A program made the translations under genes and the position numbers. The notes beneath the pieces were generated by a model, which did not search any database, was not told where the DNA came from, and saw only the letters and a list, made by a program, of their open reading frames with translations. A stretch of 64,000 nt of DNA from Eledone cirrhosa. Its lineage: Eukaryota. This document shows positions 1-12,644 of this stretch, piece by piece. The DNA is taken from assembly GCA_964016885.1 (NCBI GenBank), contig OZ024744.1, positions 9,858,001 to 9,922,000 of the forward strand, in the 5' to 3' direction. Numbering within the stretch: the stretch's first letter is position 1; each line of letters opens with the position of its first letter.

Positions 1-2556
1 TCACTTTACAGTGTGGGCTGGGTGCTTTTTTGCCATGGCACCTCCACGACCACTTTACAGTGAGTGCTGGGTGCTTTTTTGCCATGGCACCTCCACGACC
101 ACTTTACAGTGAGTGCTGGGTGCTTTTTTGCCATGGCACCTCCACGATCACTTTACAGTGAGTGCTGGGTGCTTTTTTGCCATGGCACCTCCATGATCAC
201 TTTACAGTGTGGGCTTGGTGCTTTTTTGCGTTGGCACCTCCACGATCACTTTACAGTGAGTGCTGGGTGCTTTTTTGCCTTGGCACCTCCACGATCACTT
301 TACAGTGAGTGCTGGGTGCTTTTTTGCCTTGGCACCTCCACGATCACTTTACAGTGAGTGCTGGGTGCTTTTTTGCCATGGCACCTCCACGACCACTTTA
401 CAGTGTGGGCTGGGTTCTTTTTTGCCTTGGCACCTCCACGATCACTTTACGGTGAGTGCTGGGTGCTTTTTTGCCATGGCACCTCCACGATCACTTTACA
501 GTGAGTGCTGGGTGCTTTTTTGCCTTGGCACCTCCACGATCACTTTACAGTGAGTGCTGGGTGCTTTTTTGCCATGGCACCTCCACGATCATTTTACAGT
601 GAGTGCTGGGTGCTTTTTTGCCATGGCACCTCCACGATCACTTTACAGAGTGGGCTGGGTGCTTTTTTGCCTTGGCACCTCCACGATCACTTTACAGTGT
701 GGGCTGGGTGCTTTTTTGCCTTTGCATCTCCACGATCACTTTACAGTGTGGGCTGGGTGCTTTTTTGCCATGGCACCTCCACGATCACTTTACAGAGTGG
801 GCTGGGTGCTTTTTTGCCTTGGCACCTCCACGATCACTTTACAGTGTGGGCTGGGTGCTTTTTTGCCTTGGCATCTCCACGATCACTTTACAGTGTGGGC
901 TGGGTGCTTTTTTGCCTTGGCATCTCCACGATCACTTTACAGTGTGGTCTGGGTGCTTTTTTGTTTTGGCAGCTCCACGATCACTTTACAGTGAGTGCTG
1001 GGTGCTTTTTTGCCGTGGCACCTCCATGATCACTTTACAGTGAGTGCTGGGTGCTTTTTTGCCTTGGCACCTCCACGATCACTTTACAGTGATTGCTGGG
1101 TGCTTTTTGCCTTGGCACCTCCACGATCACTTTACAGTGTGGGCTGGGTTCTTTTTTGCCTTGGCACCTCCACGATCACTTTACAGTGAGTGCTGGGTGC
1201 TTTTTTGCCTTGGCACCTCCACGATCACTTTACAGTGAGTGCTGGGTGCTTTTTTGCCATGGCACCTCCACGACCACTTTACAGTGTGGGCTGGGTTCTT
1301 TTTTGCCTTGGCACCTCCACGATCACTTTACGGTGAGTGCTGGGTGCTTTTTTGCCATGGCACCTCCACGATCACTTTACAGTGAGTGCTGGGTGCTTTT
1401 TTGCCTTGGCACCTCCACGATCACTTTACAGTGAGTGCTGGGTGCTTTTTTGCCATGGCACCTCCACGATCATTTTACAGTGAGTGCTGGGTGCTTTTTT
1501 GCCATGGCACCTCCACGATCACTTTACAGAGTGGGCTGGGTGCTTTTTTGCCTTGGCACCTCCACGATCACTTTACAGTGTGGGCTGGGTGCTTTTTTGC
1601 CTTTGCATCTCCACGATCACTTTACAGTGTGGGCTGGGTGCTTTTTTGCCATGGCACCTCCACGATCACTTTACAGAGTGGGCTGGGTGCTTTTTTGCCT
1701 TGGCACCTCCACGATCACTTTACAGTGTGGGCTGGGTGCTTTTTTGCCTTGGCATCTCCACGATCACTTTACAGTGTGGGCTGGGTGCTTTTTTGCCTTG
1801 GCATCTCCACGATCACTTTACAGTGTGGTCTGGGTGCTTTTTTGTTTTGGCATCTCCACGATCACTTTACAGTGAGTGCTGGGTGCTTTTTTGCCGTGGC
1901 ACCTCCATGATCACTTTACAGTGAGTGCTGGGTGCTTTTTTGCCTTGGCACCTCCACGATCACTTTACAGTGATTGCTGGGTGCTTTTTGCCTTGGCACC
2001 TCCACGATCACTTTACAGTGTGGGCTGGGTTCTTTTTTGCCTTGGCACCTCCACGATCACTTTACAGTGAGTGCTGGGTGCTTTTTTGCCTTGGCACCTC
2101 CATGATCACTTTACAGTGTGGGCTGGGTGCTTTTTTGACTTGGCACCTCCACGATCACTTTACAGTGTGGGCTGGGTGCTTTTTTGCCTTGGCACCTCCA
2201 CGATCACTTTACAGTGAGTGCTGGTTGTTTTTTGCCTTGGCACCTCCACGATCACTTTACAGTGTGGGCTGGGTGCTTTTTTGCCGTGACACCTCCACGA
2301 CCACTTTACAGTGTGGGCTGGGTGCTTTTTTGCCATGGCACCTCCACAAACACTTTACAGTGTGGGCTGGGTGCTTTTTTGCCGTGACACCTCCACGATC
2401 ACTTTACAGTGAGTGCTGGGTGCTTTTTTGCCATGGCACCTCCACGATCACTTTACAGTGTGGACTGGGTGCTTTTTTGCTGTGACACCTCCACGACCAC
2501 TTTACAGTGTGGGCTGGGTGCTTTTTTGCCGTGACACCTCCACGATCACTTTACAG
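1..2556. repeat. 49-bp minisatellite (about 52 units, runs off the left edge) expanded from the body of a CORE-SINE, with an 881-bp higher-order duplication
   Basis: Unit TCACTTTACAGTGAGTGCTGGGTGCTTTTTTGCCATGGCACCTCCACGA. Variant markers recur 881 bp apart (TGGGTTCTTT at 411/1292, GATTGCTGG at 1091/1972). Confidence 0.95.
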
Positions 2557-2681
2557 TGGAATGATAGGGACTCCAGTCCCTATCATCTCATTTCTACAGC
2601 TGAGTAAACTGGAGCAATGTGAAATAAAGTGTCTTGCTCAAGGAAACCACATCACTCGGTCTGAGAATTGAACTCACAACT
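2557..2681 (-). mobile_element. Head (B box + CORE domain) of the tRNA-derived SINE that hosts the minisatellite
   Basis: Reverse complement reads GTTGTGAGTTCAATTCTCAGACC...CCTTGAGCAAGACACTTTATTTCACATTGCTCCAGTTTACTCAGCTGTAGAAATGAG, matching the copy at 17275. Confidence 0.85.
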
Positions 2682-3220
2682 TTTCCATAAAATAAACTAC
2701 CAGTAATGCACTGGATAACTGCTGGCCTTGTGCCAAAAGTAGAAACAATTATTATTATTACAATAGTAAAAAAAAAAAACAGTAGAAAATCCTGAAAGGA
2801 TTTTCTCTCAGAATAAGATCAGAACACCATCTTGATGTAATAATGTTACACACAAACCACTTCTATCTATATCTCCTTCATAATTATCTTCTCTTTCTCA
2901 TGTTAGGAGAAAGATGTTAGTTCCAATACACAATTCACGATTGCTACTGCTATCTCTTAAATGCTGGTAGCACTTCTTAACCAACACTTAGGCAAAACTG
3001 AGGTACTATTCTGAAGTAGATCATAATAAACCAAGCATCCTTATATTTGAGTGTATGTGCATTTGTATATACATTATATATATATATATATGTGTTTATG
3101 TGTATGTGTTTGTGTGCATTTATATATATATATGTATATGTGTGTGAGAGTGTTTGTGCATTTGTATATACATTATATATATATATGTGTTTATGTGTGT
3201 GTTTGTGTGCATTTATATAT

Positions 3221-3677
3221 ATCATCATCATCATCATCATCATCAACGTTTAACGTCCGTGTTCCACGCTTGCATGGGTTTGGACGGGGGTAGTCCCACT
3301 TGAGGCAAGAGTGATTGTCTTGCTCGCATAGGACTGTCTGGCAGGTTTTCTACAGTTGGATGCCCTTCCTAACACCAACCACATTTACAGGGTGGGTCTG
3401 GGAGGTTTTTACCGTGTTGCCTACACGGCCACATTACAGCGTGGACTGTGTGTTTTTTTGTCGTGACACCTACACGATCTCATTTGTTTCGGCCTGGATG
3501 GCGCGGCACCAACATAACTTTACATAAGACGGGGTGGTGTGGATGGGTGGGGGTGGTGGCGGGACGGGGTGTATTTTGTTAGAGATGCCTACTGGCAAGG
3601 CGGGTCTTCTCTGTTACTGAGTACCGCCAAAGGTCTCGGTCCAGTGTCATTGTCTTGGAGAGGTATAAGTGTGTGAG
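3221..3677 (-). mobile_element. RTE LINE subfamily A 3' fragment (ORF end, 3' UTR, (GAT)n tail)
   Basis: Encodes ...LDRDLWRYSVTEKTRL. The UTR is nearly identical to the reverse complement of 22600-23141. Confidence 0.85.
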
Positions 3678-3784
3678 ATATATATATATATATCTATATA
3701 TATGTGTGTGTGTGTGTGTGTTTGTGCATTTGTATATACATTATATATATATGTGTTTATGTGTATATGTGTGTGTTTGTGTGC

Positions 3785-3862
<78 letters not shown>

Positions 3863-3929
3863 TTGTGCATTTGTATATACATTATATATATAGATATGTG
3901 TTTATGTGTATATGTGTGTGTTTGTGTGC

Positions 3930-3989
<60 letters not shown>

Positions 3990-4074
3990 ATGTGTTTTGT
4001 GCATTTGTATATACATTATATATATAGATATGTGTTTATGTGTATATGTGTGTGTGTTTGTGTGCATTTATATA

Positions 4075-7033
4075 TCATCATCATCATCATCATCATCAAC
4101 GTTTAACGTCCGTGTTCCATGCCTGCATGGGTTTGGACGGGGGTAGTCTCACTTGAGGCAAGAGTGATTATCTTGCTCGCATAGGACTGTCTGGCGGGTT
4201 TTCTACAGCTGGATGCCCTTCCTAACACCAACCACATTTACAGTGTGGGTCTGGGAGGTTTTTACTGTGTTGCCTACACGGCCACATTACAGCGTGGACT
4301 GTCTGGCAGGTTTTCTACAGCTGGATGCCCTTCCTAACACCAACCACATTTACAGTGTGGGACTGGGACGTTTTTACCGTGTTGCCTACACGGCCACATT
4401 ACAGCGTGAACTGTGTGTTTTTTTACGTGACACCTACACGATCTCATTTGTTTCGGCCTGGATGTTGTGGCACCAACATAACTTTACATTGAAAGGGGCG
4501 GTGTGGATGGGGTGGGGGTGGTGGGACGGGGGTGTATTTTGTTAGAGGTGCCTACTGACTGTAGTAGGTTTTACTTTGTATTTAGGTAAGGCGGGTCTTC
4601 TCTATTACTGAGTACCGCCAAAGGTCTCGGTCGGGTGACATTGTCTTGGTGAGGTGTAAGTGTGTGAGGTCGGAATTTATCAGCTCGTCCCAGGTTTTTC
4701 TGGGTCTGCCTATTCCGTGGCTACCGTCTATCTTTATTGCCCTGCACTTTGTTATACAGCTATCGTCCTTCATGCGCATCACGTGACCATACCAACGTAG
4801 CCTTCTCTCGAGTAAACAACATCTGATCCCTCTTATTTCTAATTTTTTCCTTAGTTCGTTTATGCTTTGCCGTTCACGTATATTACTATTACACATCCAG
4901 CGGAGCATGCAAGCTTCGTTTCTCTCTAGTCTGCGTATATCCTCTGCATACAATGCCCAGGTCTCACTGCCATGCAACATTGCTGTTCGTATGCAGGCAT
5001 CGTACAACCTGCCTTTCATTTTTAGGGAGAACCCTTTAGCGGCTAATAGTGGTATAAGCTCTCTGAACTTTTTCCATCCAGTTCTGACTCTAGCTACTGT
5101 ACTTTCAGAGCACCCTCCCCCACTGCTGATTTTGTCACCCAGGTAACGGAAGCTGTCCACTGTTTCTATAGAACCCTCTGCGCAGTTGAAAGAGCTAGTA
5201 TTTTGTGAGCACTTGCTGCTACTTATTGCACCAGAGCACCGGCCACATGTAAAATCTATGTTCTTAGTTAGCTTACCTGTGATCCCACTACATCTTTTAT
5301 GCACCCAAACTTTGCATTTGGGACACAAAATGGAGTTTCTACCTACGCCTTTCCTACACACTGAGCATGGCCACTTCCCGGAAGGGACCGCCGCCTTATT
5401 TTCTTTCTTACAAACTAGAACTTTAGTCTTAGCCAGGTTAATTTTAAGGCCTTTTGATTCTAGGCCGTGCTTCCATGTTTGGAATTTCTTCTCTAGCTCG
5501 GCCATTGATTCAGCTATGAGTGTTGGGTCATCTGCGTATAGGAGTTCCCATGGGCAACCGGTCTTGAACTCCTCTGTTATAGCCTGAAGGGCAATAATAA
5601 ATAGTAGGGGGCTAAGAACAGAGCCCTGATGGACACCAACTTTTACGCTAAACTCTTCACTATATTCGTTGTTAATTCTAACCTTACTGACTGTTTCTTT
5701 ATACATGGCTTGTATAGCTCTCACAAGCCATTCGTCAACACCTAGTTTTCTAAGAGCCCACCAGATAATGGAACGGGGGACTCTGTCGAAGGCTTTCTCC
5801 AAGTCGACAAAAGCTAAGTATAGGGGTTTACTTTTAGCTAGGTACTTCTCCTGTAGTTGTTGTACAATGAAAAGAGCGTCTGTGGTACTTTTGCCTGACA
5901 CAAACCCGAACTGCATTTCATCTAGATCAATTCTCTCTCTGATTAGTTGCGCTATTACTTTTTACGTGACCTTCATGACCTGGTCGATTAATTTAATGCC
6001 TCTATTGTTACTCCTATCTAGGGCATCTCCTTTACCCTCATAACAGTTAACGATGGTGCTTCTACGCCAGTCGTTCGGAACAACCCCATTCTGTACGACT
6101 TGGTTAACTATCCGGGTGACCATGGTGTGTCCCACCGTACCGGATGACTTCAGCATCTCGGCAACTATTTCCGAAGGCCCAGCCGCCTTACCTGTCTTCA
6201 TATCTTTGATTGCCTTACTTATTATACTACCCTCGACTAACACTGCTGGTCCCTCTATTGGGTCGATGTGGGGGAGACTGTCTTTCTCCCATTTATTTCC
6301 TCATTTAGTAGCCTTTCATAGTGACACTTCCAAGCTACCTTCTTATCAGCGTCGGTGATGGCAAGTACGCCGTCATCATTAAGTACACACTTCTCCCCGA
6401 CAATATCACGGTTTTCCTTGACACATTGCCTAGCAATCCTGAACACCTCACGTTTTTGGTCCTCGTGTTGTAGAACATGCTTGAACTTTCTTTCCTCTGC
6501 TTCCCTTCTTGAGAAGTACACTTGTCTCCTAGCTTCCCTCCTGGCCACTTGATAGTCTTCTCTGCTTCCCCCATCCCGCCATACTTTCCAAGCCTGCTTT
6601 TTGGCCTTAATTGACCCCTCCACCTTACTGTTCCACCACCATGTTACTCTCCTCCTGCCTACAGGCCTGCTCCAGCCACAGACTTCGTCTGCCGCCATCA
6701 GCAGGTTTGCCTTCAGGAATTCCCACTGTCCCTCTATATTGTCCGACTCTAAATGCTCTTCCTTACTGTCGAAAGCATCAAGTAATATGCTTTGGAATTT
6801 ATTTCTGGCTGTGGGGTCCTTTAGCCTCCATATTTTTCTCCTGAGGATAGTCCTCTTCTGCTGTCGAGTATGTCTCGTCCTGACTATGAGGTTGCTAATT
6901 ATCAGTCTATGTTGGGAGGTGCATTCTTCATGGGGGAGGGATTTAGTGTTTACAACAGACACTCTGTCGCGTCTTCTGGTAAGGATATAATCTACCTGGC
7001 TTGTGTGTTCCCCGGATCTATAGGTGATCAGGT
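4075..7033 (-). mobile_element. RTE LINE subfamily A, 5'-truncated and frameshifted (partial APE endonuclease + RT + 3' UTR)
   Basis: ORFs 6255-6962, 5962-6243 and 4582-5916 carry QFGF, FVDLEKAFD, GVHQGSVLSP, YADD, FRYLG and RRLRWYGHV; (GAT)n tail at about 4075-4097. Confidence 0.95.
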
Positions 7034-7034
7034 G

Positions 7035-7067
<33 letters not shown>

Positions 7068-7415
7068 TTGTGTATTTGTATATACTTTATATATATATAT
7101 GTGTGTATATGTGTGTGTGTGTGTGCATTAATATATATATATATATATATAGCGGCGATGAATTAGTTTTGCGAGGTTTTTTATATGAAATTGTGTGTCG
7201 AAACAAATATTGTTATACTTGGGGAGGGTCATATTTGTGTAATATTGCCAGAATTAATAACAGAACACACTCACTGTTTGGTTGGTTTTCGCTTCTCGCT
7301 TCTGTGTCTTTTATATCGGTAATCTAACTTACTCGGTCCTCAATGTTGCCATTGACTGACCGACGGTCAAAAATAATACAGATACAATATAGACACAAAC
7401 ACATATATATAGTTT

Positions 7416-7457
7416 ATCAAAGTTCTTTCGTTGCACATCTGCAACATTGTCAGTGGT
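7416..7457 (-). ncRNA. Degenerate minimal type I hammerhead ribozyme in the PLE family 1 pseudo-LTR
   Basis: Minus strand reads ACCA CUGACAA U GUUGCA-GAUG-UGCAAC GAAA GAACUU UGAU; G8 is changed to A. Confidence 0.65.
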
Positions 7458-7701
7458 GTTATCGTTTCCTCCTGTTGTATTATATGTCTACGCCATTTTT
7501 ATTCAGTCTGTCTATATATTTATTTATTTGCTTGTTTGTTTATTTTATTTTGTCTTCTTTGCTCATGCGTTTGCGTGTGTGTATAGTGTTTTGTTTGCTG
7601 TGTGATGGGTGACTAGTGTGTGTTTATGTGCTTGTTGTTATTGTGTTTGTGTATGTATTTATTTATTTATTTATTTATTTTATTTTATTTTATTTACTTA
7701 T

Positions 7702-10587
7702 TTATACTTCTGTTAGGTCAGTGTTGTTTGTTTGGGTGTTGTTGTTATTCCATTCATTCTTTCTGTTTAGTCTTGGCCTTCTAATTTCTATTTCACTGGC
7801 CTCTGATTTGCCTATCTGCTGGGTCATTTCTATGTTTAGATATTATTCTAATTTCTATGTTGTCTATGTTACCGTCATGTTGTTGTCGTATAGTACTGAC
7901 CCGTTTTTTCAGCCTTTTAGTTGCCCCAGTGTTGGTCTATCCTTTCACCTATGCTACGAGCTGTCTCACCTATGTATGTTGTTGTCATGTTTCTGCAAGT
8001 ACCCTCTGTACATCTTATGCTATAGACTACGTTTCTAGTTTTACAGTTTATCCGGGGGTTTACCTTACATATGATACACTTCCTATTGGTACAGTGGGTT
8101 TTCTTAAAAGGGTAGGTTTTGCTGATCAGGGATTTTATGGTGGTTCCTGGCTTTTCTACCACCTTAATTTTTAAGTGGGTCTTTCTCAGGGCCTTTCTAC
8201 ACTGGTTAGCTAATTTCCCTCCGGGGGTAGCGTCCACAAACATGACACTCTGGTATCTCTGGTATCTCTGGTATCTCTGGTTGTCGTACCATGAGGTGGC
8301 TTTCCCTATCTTATGTCTAGCCCTATCTAAGCTATTCCATGATTTGCTCCTGTATAATGGGCAAATTCCTTTCATGTCCAGTTCTATGAGGGTCTTATAC
8401 TTCTCCATGGCTCCTTCGTATACTCTAACTCTGTCTCTTTGGTTGTAGCCAGAGAACTGCATGCGGTTGATGAAGTGTTGGATGTGTCTTTCCATTTCTG
8501 TTGGGTCGCACATGCGGGACACATTCTTCATCACTCGTACCAAATCTGCGATCAGAATATTAAACTTAGCACTACTGGACATTGCTGAGTTTTTGAGTAT
8601 CAGGTATTTGGAGGCCATGGGTTTAGCATAGTGTGAGTGGAGAATTTGGGCTCTCTCGTCTATAGTGTTAATCCAGAGTTCTGTGTCTAATACAGGTAGT
8701 CTATTGTTAGGGTGTTTGGAAGGGAAGTCGATAGTTACAGTTATACTCTGGTGTATGGAATTATCTATCTGCTGGATGCTTTCCATCGTGCTACGTTCTA
8801 AATCAAACTTGTTAGTGCTCTCTAGTGGGGATGTTCTTATAACTATATTGATATCGTCTACATAACGAGAGTACATGATGAGGTCTATGGAGCTCTCATT
8901 AAGGAAATCTTTAAGTCTCCTTTCCCACCATACCATGAAAAGGTTGGCAACATCACCAGCTATGCTGAGGCCAATGGCTGCTCCCTCATTTTGGGTGTAG
9001 ATCTTCTCGTTGAACTTAAATATGTGGCCTTTTAGGGTAGTTTTGATACTAGCCCCTATTGCATGTGCGACCATTTTTCTTACCTGATCATTGTTTTAGG
9101 GGGTCTGTATAGCTTTGGTCCACCCAATCCACCTTCCCATGGGAGTCTTTTTTGCCATTGAGGTTATGGTGGGGGGTCTACCTCTTATAGGTCTACTGGG
9201 GCAGAAACGTCTAAGGTCATGGCTGTCTAGGTAGTCAGTGTCGTAGGTAAGTCTAAGTAGGAGGCCCAGTTCGTCTGTGTCGACTTCGCAGAACTCCACC
9301 TCACTCTCAATGATCATCTCCACACATCTTTTCACAGCAAAATCAATGTTAATGGATGGGTACAGTGACACCACATCCATGCTGCCTATTATGCAGTCGG
9401 ATAGGTTCCTGTTTTTGTTGCACTCACTGATTCTGCTGAGGAGGTCCTCTGTACTGTCACATGCATCTGGGGAATCTTGATTATGGGGCGTATAACCATT
9501 GAGAGGAAGTAGGAGATCCTGTAGTTACTAGCTATATTAGCTCCGCATACGGGTCTTGTTGGTGGTCCTGTTGTCGGGTCGTCGACTGTCTTGTGGTCTT
9601 TGCGGAGCCCATACAAGGGTGGTATGCCATTGTTAGACGCCTGGAAGTTGTTGGCAGTGCGTCTGCTTGGCTTTAGGATGTCAGTCCACATCATCATGTG
9701 AGCATTGAGGATTTTCTCTCTCCCATCGTGTGTTTGTTGTGCAATTTCGCTCGTGTTGGTGATGTGGGGTTGCATAGCCTTGATATAGTTCGGCATGCTA
9801 TCTATTGACATCCTACCAGACTTATCCGTGGGTAGACATACTACCTCACCATCCCTTGTGCGCTGCTTGAGGCTAACCAAGCCTTCTACAGGTTTCCTCC
9901 CAAGTTGTTGGGCCTCTGGTCTGCTCTGTCTCTTAGTATACCTGTCTACTATTTGTCTAATCTTATTTCTAGCTATGGTGAACTGTGCCTCTGTCTCGTC
10001 ATCTATTTGTTGTGGTATGCAAACTCTTTTATTAAAGGGTAACCTCGTAGGATAGATATTACCCATCTTATATGTTTTGTCAGCTGGGTTGAAAAATAGT
10101 TTCTCTAAGGGGTTGTCATTATATCTATCGTCATAGTTGTGTGTGTTGCTATTGTTGTTATCAGGGTGGTTGTTGTTGTTTCTATCATTAGCATTATTAT
10201 TATTGTTATGATTGCTAGATGTATTGTTGTTTACTTCACCGTTATTGTTGTTGTTACTGTTATTTCTACCATTCTGGTTGTTACTTTTATTATGTTTCTT
10301 GTTTTTGTTGTGTCTATCATTGATGTTGCTACATGTACTATTTCCATTATTACCAATGTGGTTATTGTTGTTGTTGTTCGTATTGTTACCGTTATTACTA
10401 CTGTGGTCACTGTTGCTGTGTCTGTGGTTAATGTTTCTATTATTATTATTATTGTGGTTGTTGTTGTTGTTCTGTCTATCGTTAGTATTTTTACCATTAT
10501 TACTATTTCTCACTTTCCTGCTATTGTTATAGTTATGGCTGTTATTTCTATACTCAGAGTTATTGTTTATATTACTACTACCGTTAT
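7702..10587 (-). pseudogene. Disrupted PLE RT/GIY-YIG ORF
   Basis: ORF pieces 9389-10587, 9096-9380 and 7917-9074 are separated by a frameshift and stops; the frame continues to NRKNEWNN...EV* at about 7702. Confidence 0.85.
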
Positions 10588-12258
10588 TAAAGAGCGTCTG
10601 TGGTACTTTTGCCTGACACAAACCCGAACTGCATTTCATCTAGATCAATTCGCTCTCTGATTAGTTGCGCTATTACTTTTTCCGTGACCTTCATGACCTG
10701 GTCGATTAATTTAATGCCTCTATAGTTACTCCTATCTAGGGCGTCTCCTTTACCCTTGTAACAGTTAACGATGATGCTGCTACGCCAGTCCTTCGGAACA
10801 ACCCCATTCTGTATGACTTGGTTTACTATCCGGGTGACCATGGTGTGTCCCACCGTACCAGATGCCTTCAGCATCTCGGCAACTATTTCCGAAGGCCCAG
10901 CCGCCTTACCCGTCTTCATATCTTTGATTGCCTTACTTATTATACTACCCTCGACTAACACTGCTGGTCCCTCTATTGGGTCGATGTGGGGGAGACTGTC
11001 TTTCTCTCATTTATTCTCCTCATTTAGTAGCCTTTCGTAGTGACACTTCCAAGCTACCTTCTTATCAGCATCAGTGAAGGCAAGTACGCCATCATCATTA
11101 AGTACACACTTCTCCCCGACAATATCACGGTTTTCCTTGACACATTGCCTAGCAATCCTGAACACCACACGTTATTGGTCCTCGTGTTGTAGAACATGCT
11201 TGAACTTTCTTTCCTCTGCTTCCCTTCTTGCGAAGTACACTTGTCTTCTAGCTTCCCTCCTGGCCACTTGATAGTCTTCTCTACTTCCCCCATCCCGCCA
11301 TACTTTCCAAGCCTGCTTTTTGGCCTTAATTGACTCCTCCACCTTACTGTTCCACCACCATGTTACTCTCCTCCTGCCTACAGGCCTGCTCCAGCCACAG
11401 ACTTCGTCTGCCGCCATCAGCAGGTTTGCTTTCAGGAATTCCCACTGTTCCTCTATATTGTACGACTCTAATTGCTCTTCCTTACTGTTGAAAGCATCAA
11501 GTAATATGCTTTTAAATTTATTTCTGGCTGTGGGGTCCTTTAGCTTCCATATTTTTCTCCTGAGGATAGACCTCTTCTGCTGTCTAGTACGTCTCGTCCT
11601 GACTATGAAGTCGCTAATTATCAGTCTATGTTGGGAGGTGCATTCTTCATGGGAGAGGGATTTAGTGTTTACAACAGACACTCTGTCACGTCTTCTGGTA
11701 AGGATATAATCTACCTGGCTGGTATGGTCCCCTGATCTGTAGGTGATCAAGTGATTAACTCGTTTTTTGAAGTTAGTGTTACAGATAGTTAGATTATTTG
11801 CATCACAGAATTCCAGGATTCTGGAGCCTTCCTCATTTCTAGTACCAAACCCATAGCCTCCATGGATTCCGTCATAGCCATCATAATGTTGTCCAACGTG
11901 GCCATTTAGGTCGCCAGCAATAATTATATAGTCACTGTCGGTTATTTGGGAGGTAGTGAGCATCAGTGTCTCATAGAATCTGTCTTTTATAGCGCCAGGC
12001 AGTCCGGATTGGGGCGCATACGCAGATATTACTGTCGCAGTAGTTCTATTTAGAACAAGTCTTATTTTAATTATTCTGTCGTTCACTCTATTTACGTCTA
12101 TTATCTTATCCACCCATTTTGCTGCTAACATGATTCCTACCTCACCTATCTCATTGCCATTTCCCACCCAGAAAAGCTTATAGCAACGTTTTTTACTCAC
12201 AATGAATCTAGCAGGCCTGCCCCTCCACCTGGTCTCTTGGATACAACAAACATCTCCG
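10588..12258 (-). mobile_element. RTE LINE subfamily A 5' portion (APE endonuclease to RT start), 3'-truncated at the PLE junction
   Basis: DVCCIQETRW, SAYAPQ, GDLNGHVG and SQVDYIL motifs (ORFs 11172-12275 and 10587-10961). Confidence 0.92.
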
Positions 12259-12380
12259 AGGGTTATAAACCCCACTATCAGGCTAGAAATTTCTTTAGTC
12301 TAAAATACGGTGAAAGCTTATAATTTCTAATTTCTAATATATATATGTGTTTATGTGTATATGTGTGTGTGTTTGTGTGC

Positions 12381-12448
<68 letters not shown>

Positions 12449-12517
12449 TTGTGCATTTGTATATACATTATATATATATATATGTGTTTATGTGTATATG
12501 TGTGTGTGTTTGTGTGC

Positions 12518-12552
<35 letters not shown>

Positions 12553-12644
12553 CGTGTGTGTGTGTTTGTGCATTTGTATATACATTATATATATATATAT
12601 GTGTTTATGTGTATATGTGTGTGTGTTTGTGTGCATTTATATAT

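Larger units (their letters stand above)
7152..10587 (-). mobile_element. Penelope-like element family 1, 5'-truncated (Asn-rich linker, RT, C-terminal GIY-YIG, pseudo-LTR)
   Basis: RPVCGAN, MDVVSLYPSI, GAAIG, RYVDD, RLPVLD and NVVYSIRC...YIGET motifs. The 3' end repeats the ORF start MTLPKYNN (ATG at 7232) and abuts (TA)n. Confidence 0.92.

Noticed and set aside
1-2556. CRISPR-like array and the many overlapping ORFs
   Set aside because: Head-to-tail units with no unique spacers, no cas genes and a eukaryotic SINE origin; the ORFs are repeat artefacts.
3047-4146. YI/CV-rich ORFs here and at 12.3, 15.7 and 18.2 kb
   Set aside because: Translations of (TA)n/(TG)n microsatellites.
7275-7333. 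Intron in the PLE pseudo-LTR (GTAAGT...CAG on the minus strand)
   Set aside because: No polypyrimidine tract and no equivalent in family 2.
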